Shown piece after piece: positions 21,533 to 32,320 of a DNA stretch of 64,000 nt (positions are counted from its first letter, which is position 1; every line of letters starts with the position of its first letter). The position numbers were made by a program, and so were the translations under genes. This stretch comes from an uncultured delta proteobacterium (GTDB lineage Bacteria > Desulfobacterota > Binatia > UBA9968): assembly GCA_963804165.1 (NCBI GenBank), contig CAWDPO010000004.1, forward strand, positions 143,974 through 207,973, in the 5' to 3' direction. The notes beneath the pieces were generated by a model. That model did no database searches and was not told where the DNA came from. It was given only the letters and a program-made list of their open reading frames with translations.

Positions 21533-22443
21533 TCAGGGATCGGCGAGCGCCGTCTGCGCCGAGGCTCGGAGGGCGGCGACCATGCCGGCCGATGGCGGGG
21601 TTGTGGCGGTCGGCCTGGTCAGGGCCTCGACGTGTCGGCGGAGGTGCAGCCCGGTCACGTCGACGTCGCGCAGGCCGAGGCGGCCGAGGTAGGCCAGGCG
21701 GGGGACCGCCGCGACTCCGAAACCCGCCCGGACGAAGCTGCGTACGACGTCGTAGTCGTTGCTGCGATAGCGGATGTGCGGGGTGAAGCCGGCGGCGGCG
21801 CAGGCTCGCTCGAGGGCCAAGGTGCCCGCGGTTCCCTCTCGGGTGGAGATCCACGAGGCGTCCGCGAAGTCGGTCAGCGGCACCGGTCCCGGCCGGGGCA
21901 TTCGCCGCGGTCGGGCACCAGCAGCCGTACGGGCTCGGTGAGCAGCGGCGTACGCACACTGCCGGCCGGCCAGCTCTGCGGGACCAGGTCGTAGCGGAAC
22001 ACGACGATGACGTCGAGGTCGCCCTCGAGCAGCCTGGTCACCAGCTGGTGGGGCTCGCCGTCCTCGAAGCGCACCTCGACGTCGGGGAAGTCGCGCCCGA
22101 ACCGGGCCAGGGCGCGGGGGATCAGCACCTCGCTCGCGGTCGGGAAGGACCCGAGGCCGAGCCGCCCGCGGGTGCCGGCCGCGATCTCGCGCACTGCGTC
22201 CTGCAGGGTCGCGAACGCGCCCAGCGTCTCGATCGCCCGCTCACTGAGCAGCTGCGCCTCGGCCGTCGGCTCTTACCCCTTGGGCGCTCGCGCTCGAACA
22301 GCACGCAGTCCGCTGTCGGCCTCCAGCGCGCTCATCTGCTGCGAGACGGCCGAGCCGGTGTAGCCCAGGTGCCGGCCGGCGGCCGCGAACGACCCGGTGC
22401 GCAGCACGACCGACAGGGTCCGCAGGTGCAGGGGATTCAGCAC
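21533..22443 (-). CDS. LysR family transcriptional regulator (frameshifted)
   Basis: VLNPLHLRTL...TGSFAAAGRHLGYTGSAVSQQM, GRLGLGSFPTA and GFTP.IRY.SNDY. Confidence 0.88.
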
Positions 22444-22453
22444 GTGGCCGTAC

Positions 22454-23363
22454 CTAGGGGCGAGGCTGCCGTCCACCAGCAGAGCGCCCAACTCCGCCAG
22501 CACGGACTCCGAGCCGTGCAGCGGACCGTCGTCGCGGGGCCAGGCGATCACGGCGTCGGTGAAGCCCAGCGCCGCCGCGCGGCCGAGATGGTCCCGCATC
22601 TGCTCCAGCGAACGGGGCGCGCCCATCCCGAAGGCCATGTCGAGCACCCGGCGGAAAACCTGCGCCCGGAGTTCCCTCAGGGTCCGGCGGCGTCGTCGAG
22701 CCGGCGTGCGGCCTCCGCCACGCCGAGCCACCACTCCTCGCCGCCCTGACCCGCGCCGGGTGGTTCGGCGACGCCGTTGGTGGCCCAACCGTCGCCCGAT
22801 GCGCAGCGCCAGCCGCATGCCCCGCGGACCGTTGCCCGGCGACGACGAGCGGTGGGCGCGGCTGTTGCACCGGTCCCGGGATCGTCCGCGCCTCGACCGC
22901 CGAGAACCAGTCGCCGGACCAGGTGGTCGAGGGTTGCCGCAGCAGCAGGTCGAGCAGCGTGACGAACTCCTCGAACCGATCGGCCCGCTCCCGTCCCGAG
23001 AGCGACCGGCCGCCCAGCACCGCGGCGTCGAATCCGGGTCCGCCGGCGCCGACGCCGACGAGCAGCCGGCCGCCGGACATCACGTCGAGCGTCATCAGCT
23101 CCTTGGCGAACGGGACCGGGTGCCGGAAGTTGGGCGAGGCGACGAAGGTGCCGAGGGTCAGCCGCGACGTCGTGAGCGCGGCGGCGGCCAGGGTCGGCAC
23201 GGTCGCGTGCCAGGTCCGAGTCGGCGAAGGCCCGCCAGGCCAGATGGTCCAACGACCACGCGTGCGCGAAGCCGTACTCCTCGACCCGCGACCAGCGCCG
23301 GTCCTGCGCGGGGTTGACCTCGGGCAACAGGGCCACCCCGACCTTGATCACGACATCGAGCAT
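22454..23363 (-). CDS. LLM-class flavin-dependent oxidoreductase (frameshifted)
   Basis: YGFAHAWSLDHL, LGTFVASPNFRHP..FAKE..TLDVMSGGR..VGVGAGG and PGPVQQPRPPL. Confidence 0.88.
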
Positions 23364-23480
23364 AAGGGATTCTTGTGGTGCCACGCACAGACTGTCGTCG
23401 TCGAGGCTCTCGATCGGCGTGCCTGAGCCCGTGCGATTCTGGAGGTACGCTTTCCCAACGTCGCTTGGAGATTCTTCGTC

Positions 23481-24699
23481 GTGAATGACCCGTTCGAGCT
23501 GGTCGACCAGTGGGGCCCAGAGAAGGTCGTGCTGGTCTCCGACCGTCGGTCGGGCATGCGGGGCGTGCTGGTGATCGACAACACCGCGCGAGGGCTGGGC
23601 AAGGGTGGCACCCGGATGAGCCCGACGCTGACCGTGGGGGAGGTGGCTCGGCTCGCCCGCACCATGACCTGGAAGTGGGCCGCCGTCGACCTGTTCCACG
23701 GCGGGGCGAAGGCCGGGATCCTCGGTGATCCCCGCGGCCGCGGGCAAGGAGCGGATCCTGCGCGCGTTCGCCCGCGCCTTGGCCAACGAGGTCCCGTCGG
23801 AGTACGTGTTCGGCCTGGACATGGGGCTGGCCGAGGAGGATGCGGCGATCTTCGTCGACGAGCTGAACGACCGGGGCGTCTCCACCGGGCTGCCGCGCGC
23901 GCTCGGCGGCCTGCCGTACGACCAGCTGGGCGTGACCGGTTTCGGGGTCGCGGAGGCGGCGGACGCGGCCGCGCAGCTGATCGATCTCGACCTGCGCGGG
24001 GCGCGGGTGGCGATCCAGGGGTTCGGTGCCGTGGGGCGGGCCGCGGCCGAGCGGCTGCACGAGCTCGGTGCGGTCGTGGTCGCCGTCTCCACCGCCGCCG
24101 GCTGGGCGTACGACGCGGACGGGCTCGATCTGGCCGAGCTCCTCGCCGCCGCCGCCGATCTCGGTGACCACTGCGTCACCGTGCACCCGTCCTTCTCGCC
24201 GGCCGCCCAGGATCTGCTGAGCGCACCCGTCGACGTCTTGATCCCGGCGGCCCGCGAGGACACCGTGGGCGTCGAGGTGGCCCGGTCGACCACGGCCCGG
24301 CTGGTGGTCGAGGGCGCGAACCTGCCGACCACCGAGCCGGCTCGGCAGATCCTGCACCAGCGCGGCGTGGTCGTCGTGCCGGACTTCATCGCCAACGCCG
24401 GCGGCATCGTCGCGGCGGCCCACTCGACCGACGCCCGCTACTCGCCGTTCGTGGTGGAGCCGGCCAGGATCTTCACGATGATCTCCGACAAGCTGCGGGG
24501 CAACACGGCCCGGGTGCTGCGGGACAGCGTCGCCCGCGGAGATCACTCCTCGGCAGGCCGCGATGGATCTCGCCCAGTCGCGGGTGCTGGACGCCATGGT
24601 GGCCCGGGGATTCCGGCCCGATCTCGACCACGAGCTCCGGCAGCAGTCGTCCGCGCTGGTACCGGCCTGACCCGAACGACCGCGAAGGAGGCACCATGA
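23481..24699 (+). CDS. Glu/Leu/Phe/Val dehydrogenase (frameshifted)
   Basis: GKGGTRM, MTWK, GGAKAG, VAIQGFGAVG, VVEGAN and VPDFIANAGG. Confidence 0.9.
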
Positions 24700-25916
24700 G
24701 CGACGACGCGCGCCGCCGATGGGCCCCTCGAGCACGTCGTGCCGTTGGTCGACGCCGGTCGACCCCGCTGCCCGCCGCGGCCGAGGTGGTGGTCGATCGG
24801 CGGCGGCATCATGGGCGCGAGCATCGCCTTCCACCTGGCCGAGGCGGGCGTCGACCGACGTGGTCGTGCTCGAACAGGGCACCCTCGGCTCGGGGTCGTC
24901 CGCGAAACCGCTGGGCGGGGTCCGGGCCACGTTCTCCGACGCGAACAACGTCCAGCTCGGGCTGCGGAGCCTGCGCGGCGTACGAGACCTTCGCCGACCG
25001 GTTCGGCATCGACATCGGCCTCCGCCAGGTGGGTTACCTGTTCCTGTGCCGGTCCGAGGCCGAGCTGGCGGCGGTGGAGGCGAGCGTCCGGCTGCAGAAC
25101 CGACTGGGCTGCAACAGCCGGATGGTCAGCGCCGGCGGAGGCCTGCGAGATCAACCCGATGCTGGAGCCGGGCCCGCTGCTCGGCGCGTCGTTCTCGCCG
25201 CGGGACGGCTACGCCGAGCCCGCCCGGGTGGTCGAGGGCTACGCGCGGGCCGCCGCCGCAGCTCGGGGTCCGGTTCTGCGAGTACACCGAGGTCCTCGAG
25301 CTCGCCACCGACGCCGACCGGCGGTCATCAGCGTCCGGACCCAGCGGGGGTGCGTCCGGGCCGGCACGGTGATCATCACCGCCGGGGCCTGGTCGACCAA
25401 GCTGGGCGCGATGCTCGGCGTGCACCTGCCGGTCGAGGCCGTACGCCGCCAGGTCGGCTTCACCCCGCAGCTGGCCGGCCGCACCCGACCGTGCCGTTCA
25501 CCCTCGACCTGTCGACGACGCTCTACTTCCACAACTACCGCAACGGGCTGCTGCTCGGGATCTCCAACCTGGACGAGGATCCCGGCTTCTGCCGCGAGTT
25601 CAGCTACGGCTGGACCCGGGCCTTCGACGCCGCTGCGGCGGTCGTCGCGCCGTCGCTGGTCGGGCAGCCGCTGGTCGGCGGCTGGGCCGGCCTGTACGAG
25701 AACACCCCCGACCACAACGCCATGATCGGCAAGGCGGCGGTGCCCGGCGTGCTGTACGCCACCGGGTTCTCGGGCCACGGCTTCCTGCAGGGCCCGGCCG
25801 TCGGCGAGATCGTCCGGGATCTCTACCTGGACAGGGATCCGTTCATGGACCCGACGGCCTTCAGCGCCGACCGGTTCGGCACCGGCGCGCTGCTGAACGA
25901 GGTCCACATCATCTGA
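24696..25916 (+). CDS. FAD-dependent oxidoreductase, DAO/sarcosine oxidase-beta family (frameshifted)
   Basis: IGGGIMGASIAFHLA, WAGLYENTPDHN and ATGFSGHGFLQGPAVG. Confidence 0.88.
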   Translation: MSDDARRRWAPRARRAVGRRRSTPLPAAAEVVVDRRRHHGREHRLPPGRGGRRPTWSCSNRAPSARGRPRNRWAGSGPRSPTRTTSSSGCGACAAYETFADRFGIDIGLRQVGYLFLCRSEAELAAVEASVRLQNRLGCNSRMVSAGGGLRDQPDAGAGPAARRVVLAAGRLRRARPGGRGLRAGRRRSSGSGSASTPRSSSSPPTPTGGHQRPDPAGVRPGRHGDHHRRGLVDQAGRDARRAPAGRGRTPPGRLHPAAGRPHPTVPFTLDLSTTLYFHNYRNGLLLGISNLDEDPGFCREFSYGWTRAFDAAAAVVAPSLVGQPLVGGWAGLYENTPDHNAMIGKAAVPGVLYATGFSGHGFLQGPAVGEIVRDLYLDRDPFMDPTAFSADRFGTGALLNEVHII

Positions 25917-25974
25917 GTCCGCAGCCTCGAGACCCTCGATCTCCTCCCGTAACCCTGGAAAGGCGCACCCCGTC

Positions 25975-27450
25975 GTGACCACCGCGCAGCTCACCGAGAC
26001 GCGGCGCACCCTCGCGCTCGCCGACCTGCGGGCCGAGTTCGCCCTGCGCCTGGCCGAGCCTGTACGGGACCGAGGTGCCCGCCTACAACACGCTGGTCGA
26101 GGTCTCCCGCGAGGTGAACGCCGACCTTCATCGCCGCCCACGGCGCCGAGGCCGAGCGGCTCGGCAGCATCGACCGGGTGACCGCGGAGCGGCACGGCGC
26201 CATCCGGGTGGGGTCGCCGCGCGAGCTGGCCCAGGCCGCCCGGGTGTTCGCCGGCTTCGGGATGTACCCGGTCGGCTTCTACGACCTGCGGGACGCCTCG
26301 AAGAGCTCGGTGCCGGTGGTCTCCACCGCCTTCCGTCCGGTCGACGCCGACGAGCTGGCGCGCAACCCGTTCCGGGTGTTCACCTCGATGCTGGTCGCCA
26401 CCGACCGGCGCTTCTTCGACGCCGGAGACGCAAGCGCGGCTGGAGGACGTTCATCGGCGCCCGGACCCTGTTCGGGCCGGAGCTGCTCGAGCTGGCCGAC
26501 CGGTCGGCCGACCAGCGGCGGACTCGACGCCGCCGACGCCGACCGCTTCCTCGACCTCGCCACCGCCGCGTTCGAGCTGTCCACCGAGCCGGTCGACCAC
26601 GACTGGTACTTCGCGCTGGAGCGGATCTCGGCCGTCGCCGCCGACATCGGCGGGGTGCCGTCGACCCACATCAACCACCTGACGCCGCGGGTGCTCGACA
26701 TCGACGACCTCTACCAGCGGATGGAGGCGCGCGGCATCACCATGATCGACGAGATCCAGGGCCCGCCCGACTGGGAGGGGCCCGACGTCCTGCTGCGGCA
26801 GACCTCGTTCAAGGCGCTGGCCGAGGAGCGGCAGTTCCGGCACGCCGACGGCAGCGTCCGCGCCGGCTCGCTGCGGGTGCGGTTCGGGGAGGTCGAGCAG
26901 CGCGGCGTCGCGCTCACCGCCGCCGGGGCGCGACCTCTACGACCGGATGGTCGCCGAGGTCGATGTCCGCGCTGGCCGCGGCGCCGGCCGGCAGCCACCC
27001 GGGTCGAGGTGGCCCGCGAGGTGTGGCGGGAGAACCTGCCCCGCACCGAGCGGGAGCTCGCCGCTGCAGGGACTGGCGTTCTTCACCTACCGGCGTGCCG
27101 ACCGGCGCGCCGTCGACGGCGTCAGCCGGCACGCGCTTCCTGCGGAGCTGGTCGAGGCCGGCGTGCTGGTGCCGGAGCCGATCGTCTACGAGGACTTCCT
27201 GCCCCGGTCCGCGGCCGGCATCTTCCAGTCCAACCTGACCGACGAGGGCACCCGGGACGACGACCGCTCGGCACGCCGTACGACATCGACATGCTGAGCG
27301 AGGTGATCGGCCGACCGATCGCCGACCCGACCGCGCTGTACGAGGCCCAGCAGAGCGCTTCGCTGGCCGCGGCCGCCGAGCAGCTCGGCCTGACCGCCAT
27401 CACCACCGACTCCGCCATGCAACCCACCCCGACACCGAGGACACTCATGA
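25975..27450 (+). CDS. 2-oxoadipate dioxygenase/decarboxylase (DUF1338, HglS/YdcJ family; frameshifted)
   Basis: EVPAY, AERHGAIRVG, PVGFYDL, STAFRP, NPFRVFTSML, HINHLTPR, LRQTSFKAL and PIVYEDFLPRSAAGIFQSNL. Confidence 0.9.
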
Positions 27451-28988
27451 GCACCGACTTCCCGACCACCGCCGAGATCACCGCCGACGTCGCTGCGGGC
27501 CCTGAAGGCCACCGGCGTCGACACCGACGCGATCGCCGGCGACACCGAGGTCCGCACCCCGATCACCGGCGAGGTGATCTTCTCGGTGCGCAGCCACACC
27601 GGCGACGACGTCGACGCCGCGATCGCCGCGGCCGCCGAGGCGTTCACCGCCTGGCGGGAGGTGCCGGCACCCGGTGCGCGGCCAGCTGGTCAAGCGCTGG
27701 GGTGAGCTGCTGACCGAGCACAAGGAGGATCTGGCCACGCTGGTCACCGCCGAGGTCGGCAAGATCACCTCCGAGGCGCTCGGCGAGGTGCAGGAGATGA
27801 TCGACATCACCGACCTCGCGGTCGGCCAGTCCCGCCAGCTGTTCGGCAAGACCATGCCGTCGGAGCGGCCGGGTCACCGGCTGATGGAGACCTGGCACCC
27901 GCTGGGCGTGGTCGGCATCATCTCCGCCTTCAACTTCCCGGTGGCGGTCTACGCCTGGAACACCGCGCTCGCCCTGGTCGCCGGCGACACCGTGGTCTGG
28001 AAGCCGGCGGAGGCGACCCCGCTGTCGGCGCTGGCCACCGACGCCCTGCTCGCCCGGGCCGCCGAGGACGTCGGGGCGCCGGCCGGGGTGCACCACCTCG
28101 TGCTCGGTGATCGCGACGTCGGCGAGCGGCTGGTGGAGGACCCGCGCGGTCGCCCTGGTCTCGGCGACCGGCTCGGTCCGGATGGGTCGCGAGATCGCTC
28201 CGCTGATCGCGGCCCGCTTCGGGCGCGCGCTGCTCGAGCTGGGCGGCAACAACGCCGCCGTCGTCACCCCGAGCGCCGACCTCGACCTGGCCCTGCGCGG
28301 CGATCGTCTTCGCCGCGGCCGGCACCGCCGGGCAGCGCTGCACCAGCCTGCGCCGGCTGATCGTGCACCGTTCGGTCGACGACCAGCTGGTGCCGCGGAT
28401 CGTCGACGCGTACGGCACCCTCGACATCGGCAGCCCCACCGCCGACGGCAGTGCTGGTCGGCCCGCTGATCAACCGGGCGCAGCTTCGAGGCCCAGCAGG
28501 CCGCCCTGGCGCGCGGCCGTCGAGGAGGGCGGCGAGGTGCTGTGCGGCGGCGACCGGGTGCTGGCCGATGAGCAGCCGGACGCCTTCTACGTGCAGCCGG
28601 CCGTGGTCGCGGATGCCGGCCCAGTCCGAGGTCGTGCAGGAGGAGACCTTCGCCCCGATCCTGTACGTGCTGACCTACGACGACGCTCGACGAGGCCATC
28701 GCGCTGCAACAACGCGCGTGCCGCAGGGCCTCTCCTCGGCGATCTTCACCAGCGACCAGGCCGAGGCCGAGCGGTTCATCGTCGGCCGGCGGCTCGGACT
28801 GCGGCATCGTCAACGTCAACATCGGCACCTCGGGCGCGGAGATCGGCGGCGCGTTCGGCGGCGAGAAGGAGACCGGCGGCGGTCGCGAGTCCGGCGCGGA
28901 CTCGTGGAAGGCGTACATGCGCCAGGCCACCAACACGGTCAACTACTCCGGTCAGCTGCCGCTCGCCCAGGGCGTCGAGTTCATCTAG
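27447..28988 (+). CDS. ALDH7/AmaB-type piperideine-6-carboxylate (alpha-aminoadipic semialdehyde) dehydrogenase (frameshifted)
   Basis: [76 protein letters not shown] and LPLAQGV.F. Confidence 0.9.
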
Positions 28989-29092
28989 CCCGTCCAGCTC
29001 GGAGTCGATCGTCTGACCATCGGTAGTGAGCGCGGGCGGGCCGGAACGACGGTCCAGACCACGACTCGACAGCGACGAAATACATTGGGTCA

Positions 29093-30818
29093 GTGCCCGA
29101 ACGCCGCCCGCGGGAGCCCGATCACCCAGGGCCGGGGGCGGAGCCGGCTCCGGCGCTGACCGAGTGGTTGTTGTCCAAGGCCGAGCGGGCCAACCCACAG
29201 ACCGTGCTCGACGACCCACATCCTGGTCAGCAGGCGTGGTCGGTCGGCAATCACGTACGGCCGCTGGTCCACGGCGCGACCTACTTCGCCGAGCTGCAGG
29301 AGCGCATCGAGGAGACGCGGTCGGGCGATCTGATCATGTTCACCGACTGGCGCGGCGACCCGGACGAGCAGCTCACCGACGATCCGGAATCGACCATGGT
29401 TCAGCTGCTCGGTGCGGCCGATCGTCGTGGGGTGGACGTCCGCGGCCTGATCTGGCGCTCGCACTGGGACAAGCTCTCCTTCTCCGGCGCAGGAGAACCG
29501 GCAGACCGGTGAGCAGCTGCAGGCCGAAGGCGCGGAGGCGCTGCTGGACATGCGGGTGCGTACCGGTGGTTCGCATCACCAGAAGCTCGTGGTGATCCGC
29601 TACGCCGGCCGACCGGAGCGCGACATCGCGTTCGTCGGCGGCATCGACCTGTGCCACTCGCGGCGCGACGATGCGCGGCACCTCGGTGACCCGCAGGCGC
29701 AGTCGATGGCGGCGGCCTACGGTGAGCATCCCGCGTGGCACGACATCCAGGCCGCCATCTCCGGACCGGCCGTGCTACGACGTCGAGACGGTGTTCCGGG
29801 AGCGCTGGACGGATCCGACGCCGCTGAGCCGGAGCCCGATCCGGCGGCTGCGCGACCGCTTGGCCGGAAATGACCTTCGGCCCGATCCGTTGCCGCCGCA
29901 AGCACCGCCGCCGGCCACCGGTGCCCGGCGGTACGCACCTGGTCCAGCTGCTGCGGACCTATCCGAACCTTCGACACGGTCGCGACTACCCGTTCGCCCG
30001 CGGTGGCGAGCGGAGTGTGGCGCGGGGCTACACCAAAGCACTCGAGCGGGCCGAACGACTCATCTACGTCGAGGACCAGTACCTGTGGTCGACCGAGGTC
30101 GCCGAGACGTTCGCCGACGCCCTGCGCGCCAAGCCCGAGCTGAGGGTGATCGCCGTGCTGCCGCATCTGCCCGACCAGTCCGCGCGGCTGTCTCGCGTGC
30201 CTCAGGAGCTGGGTCGACACGACGCCATGGCCCAGCTGCTGCAGGCCGGTCCCGGCGAGGGTGGCCTTCTACGGCATCGAGAACCACCGCGGGCTGCCCG
30301 TGTACGTGCACGCCAAGGTCTGCGTGATCGACGACTGGTGGGCGACCATCGGCTCGGACAACTTCAACCGGCGGTCCTGGACCCACGACTCGGAGCTGTC
30401 CGCGGTCGTCCTCGACACCGAGGGCGGCGACCACAGCGCCTATGCCCGCCGGCTGCGTCTCACCCTCGGCCGCCGAGCACCTGGATCGCGAGCTCGGACC
30501 GGACGCCTATCCCGGTGACATCTCGGCTCTCGAGCCCGGCCGGACGCCCCAGGACTGCTCGACGACCGCTGCTGCTGCGAGGTGATGGCCGACTGCGTCG
30601 ACCCGCACGACATGTTCGACGCCTTCGCCTCCTCCGCTGCCGCGCTGCAGGCGTGGCACGACGACGGGCGTCAGGGCGAGCGGCCTCCCGGCCGGCTACG
30701 ACCGCTTCGCCGACTGCACCTGTCGCCGGCCACGCGAGCCTGGGCCGGGCCGCTGTACCGCGTGATCCACGACCCCGACGGGCGGCCCAGGGCGCTGCGC
30801 CGACAGCACGCGTTCTGA
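29093..30818 (+). CDS. Phospholipase D family protein (frameshifted)
   Basis: Two HKD-type motifs, SHHQKLVVIR and YVHAKVCVIDD, plus GGIDL, IYVEDQY and GSDNFNRRS. Confidence 0.88.
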
Positions 30819-30854
30819 GGATCAGGCATCCGCCGTGGCTAGGCGCTCCACTAT

Positions 30855-31003
30855 TGGAGCGGGTGACGGGGACCTTAACTGGCATGGCCAGCTTGGAAGA
30901 CTGCGGTCGTGAGTCGTGTTGACCCAAGTCAGTCGGCAGGGCGCGCTCGTAGCGGCCGTGATGACCGGTTTCCGCCACCCCTCTGGCCCGTTGGTGGCTC
31001 ATC
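30855..31003 (-). repeat. Degenerate ~150-bp element, copy 1: tRNA-Gly(TCC)-like 3' half plus tail
   Basis: tggagcgggtgacggg...ggcatggccagcttggaagactg resembles the reverse complement of a tRNA-Gly 3' half. The tail (tcgt..cg..ccgtga.tgaccgg...tggcccgtt..tggc) is shared with copy 2. Confidence 0.65.
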
Positions 31004-31283
31004 TGCTTGGCCGCCAACGCATTGCAGGCTGCCGCGCTGTCCAACACAGCCGGCAATTGCCATCGGCTCGTCCTCAGACGCGTGACCTGTTCGGGCAGTG
31101 CTCCCCGGAACGGCCATGGGACTGATGCAGCCACAGCCGTCACTTTGCAAGTCGTGGATCGCTCGTAGAGTGCCGGCATCGACCTGATGTCTGCCTCATT
31201 GCGGTCACGGATGCTGTCAACCTCGTGGTCAGGTACGGACACCTCTAGGCGGGGCGATCTACGCCGGCGCGGATTGCAGCTTC

Positions 31284-31580
31284 TCAGGGTGTGACGATCG
31301 GAAGCTCTGATCTGGGTGTGTCCAGCAGGGCGAGGAGTCGTCCGAGGACGTCGGCGTCTCCGTGGTGGTCGATGCCGTCGAGACCGTGGCCGGCCGAGGC
31401 TCGTGGGCCGTCGACGCGAATCGCGAGTGTGTCGAGCAGCTGATCGACGGTCAGCGCGGCCGGCATGCCCGCGCCGGGGTCGAGCTCAGGTGCGCTGGGC
31501 CCGCGGCGCAGCTCGTAGGGTCCGCTCAGTAGAAGAGCGCCAGGTGGCGCTCTCGGAGCCGAAGGGTGCACACAGCTGGG
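31284..31580 (-). pseudogene. Alkyl sulfatase C-terminal remnant
   Basis: Fragments FGSESATWR, LSGPYELR, LTVDQLLDTLAIRVDGPRA and GDADVLGRLLALLD...PIVTP. The N-terminal catalytic domain is absent and an internal stretch appears deleted. Confidence 0.65.
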
Positions 31581-31614
31581 TCAAGAAGCACTTCGAAGAA
31601 TTCGAAGCGGAAGT

Positions 31615-31692
31615 GCGAGGACCGGCCCGCAGCCAGCGCTGGCGAGCCAGGACACGGACCGCAGCGCATGGCGAGCGCACGAGCTGTCTTGA
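31615..31692. repeat. ~78-bp direct repeat, copy 1 (degenerate)
   Basis: gcgaggaccggcccgcagc...aggacacggaccgcagcgc..ggcgagcgca.cgagc.gtcttga also occurs at 38341-38416. Confidence 0.85.
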
Positions 31693-32166
31693 GTGAGTCG
31701 AGCGGGATTCGCTTCGACCTCAGCGCAGTCATCGAGGTGAGTGCTTGCCAACTCTTGGGCATGCTCTGCGGCTTCGCTGAGCTTCGGTCAATGTCGAACC
31801 GGCATTGTTCATTGTGTCGGGCAGGGGGCTCCGCGATGTTGCGCATCGAGCGCGAATCGGATCCTGCCAGGAGGAAACCCAATGACCATCGACATGAAGC
31901 GAATGAGCATCGACCTGAAGCATCGGGAACCCCACGGTCCGGATTCATCCGGGAGCAGCGACACTCAGCTTCGGGCCGCCAAGGCCATAACCAGGGATTT
32001 TATTTTGGCCCGAACCGCACTGGCACTCGGTGCCGGATGGCTCGGCCTGATCTCCGGCCTTCTGATCGGACGATGGTGACCGAACGCCGCCCTGGTGTAC
32101 CTCGACATCCAACGTCGAGGGTTGGTGGCATAAGGTAGACAGGCCCTTGACTAGCGCCTTTCGCTG

Positions 32167-32320
32167 TGGAGCGGGTGGACCGGGATCGAAGCCGGCATGG
32201 CCAGCTTGGAAGGCTGCGGTCGCGGTCCGTACGAGCTCAAGATCAGGCAGCGAGATGTGCTCGTGGCGCACCGTGATTGACCGGTCCTCACCGCGCTTAA
32301 TGGCCCGTTAATGGCCCATG
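32167..32320 (-). repeat. Degenerate ~150-bp element, copy 2: tRNA-Gly(TCC)-like 3' half plus tail
   Basis: tggagcgggtggaccgggatcgaagccggcatggccagcttggaaggctg, ending in the tandem taatggccc-gt-taatggccc. Confidence 0.7.

Noticed and set aside
22273-22818. LLM oxidoreductase-LysR fusion
   Set aside because: It is most likely a frameshift artefact at the boundary of two adjacent genes in an error-rich segment.
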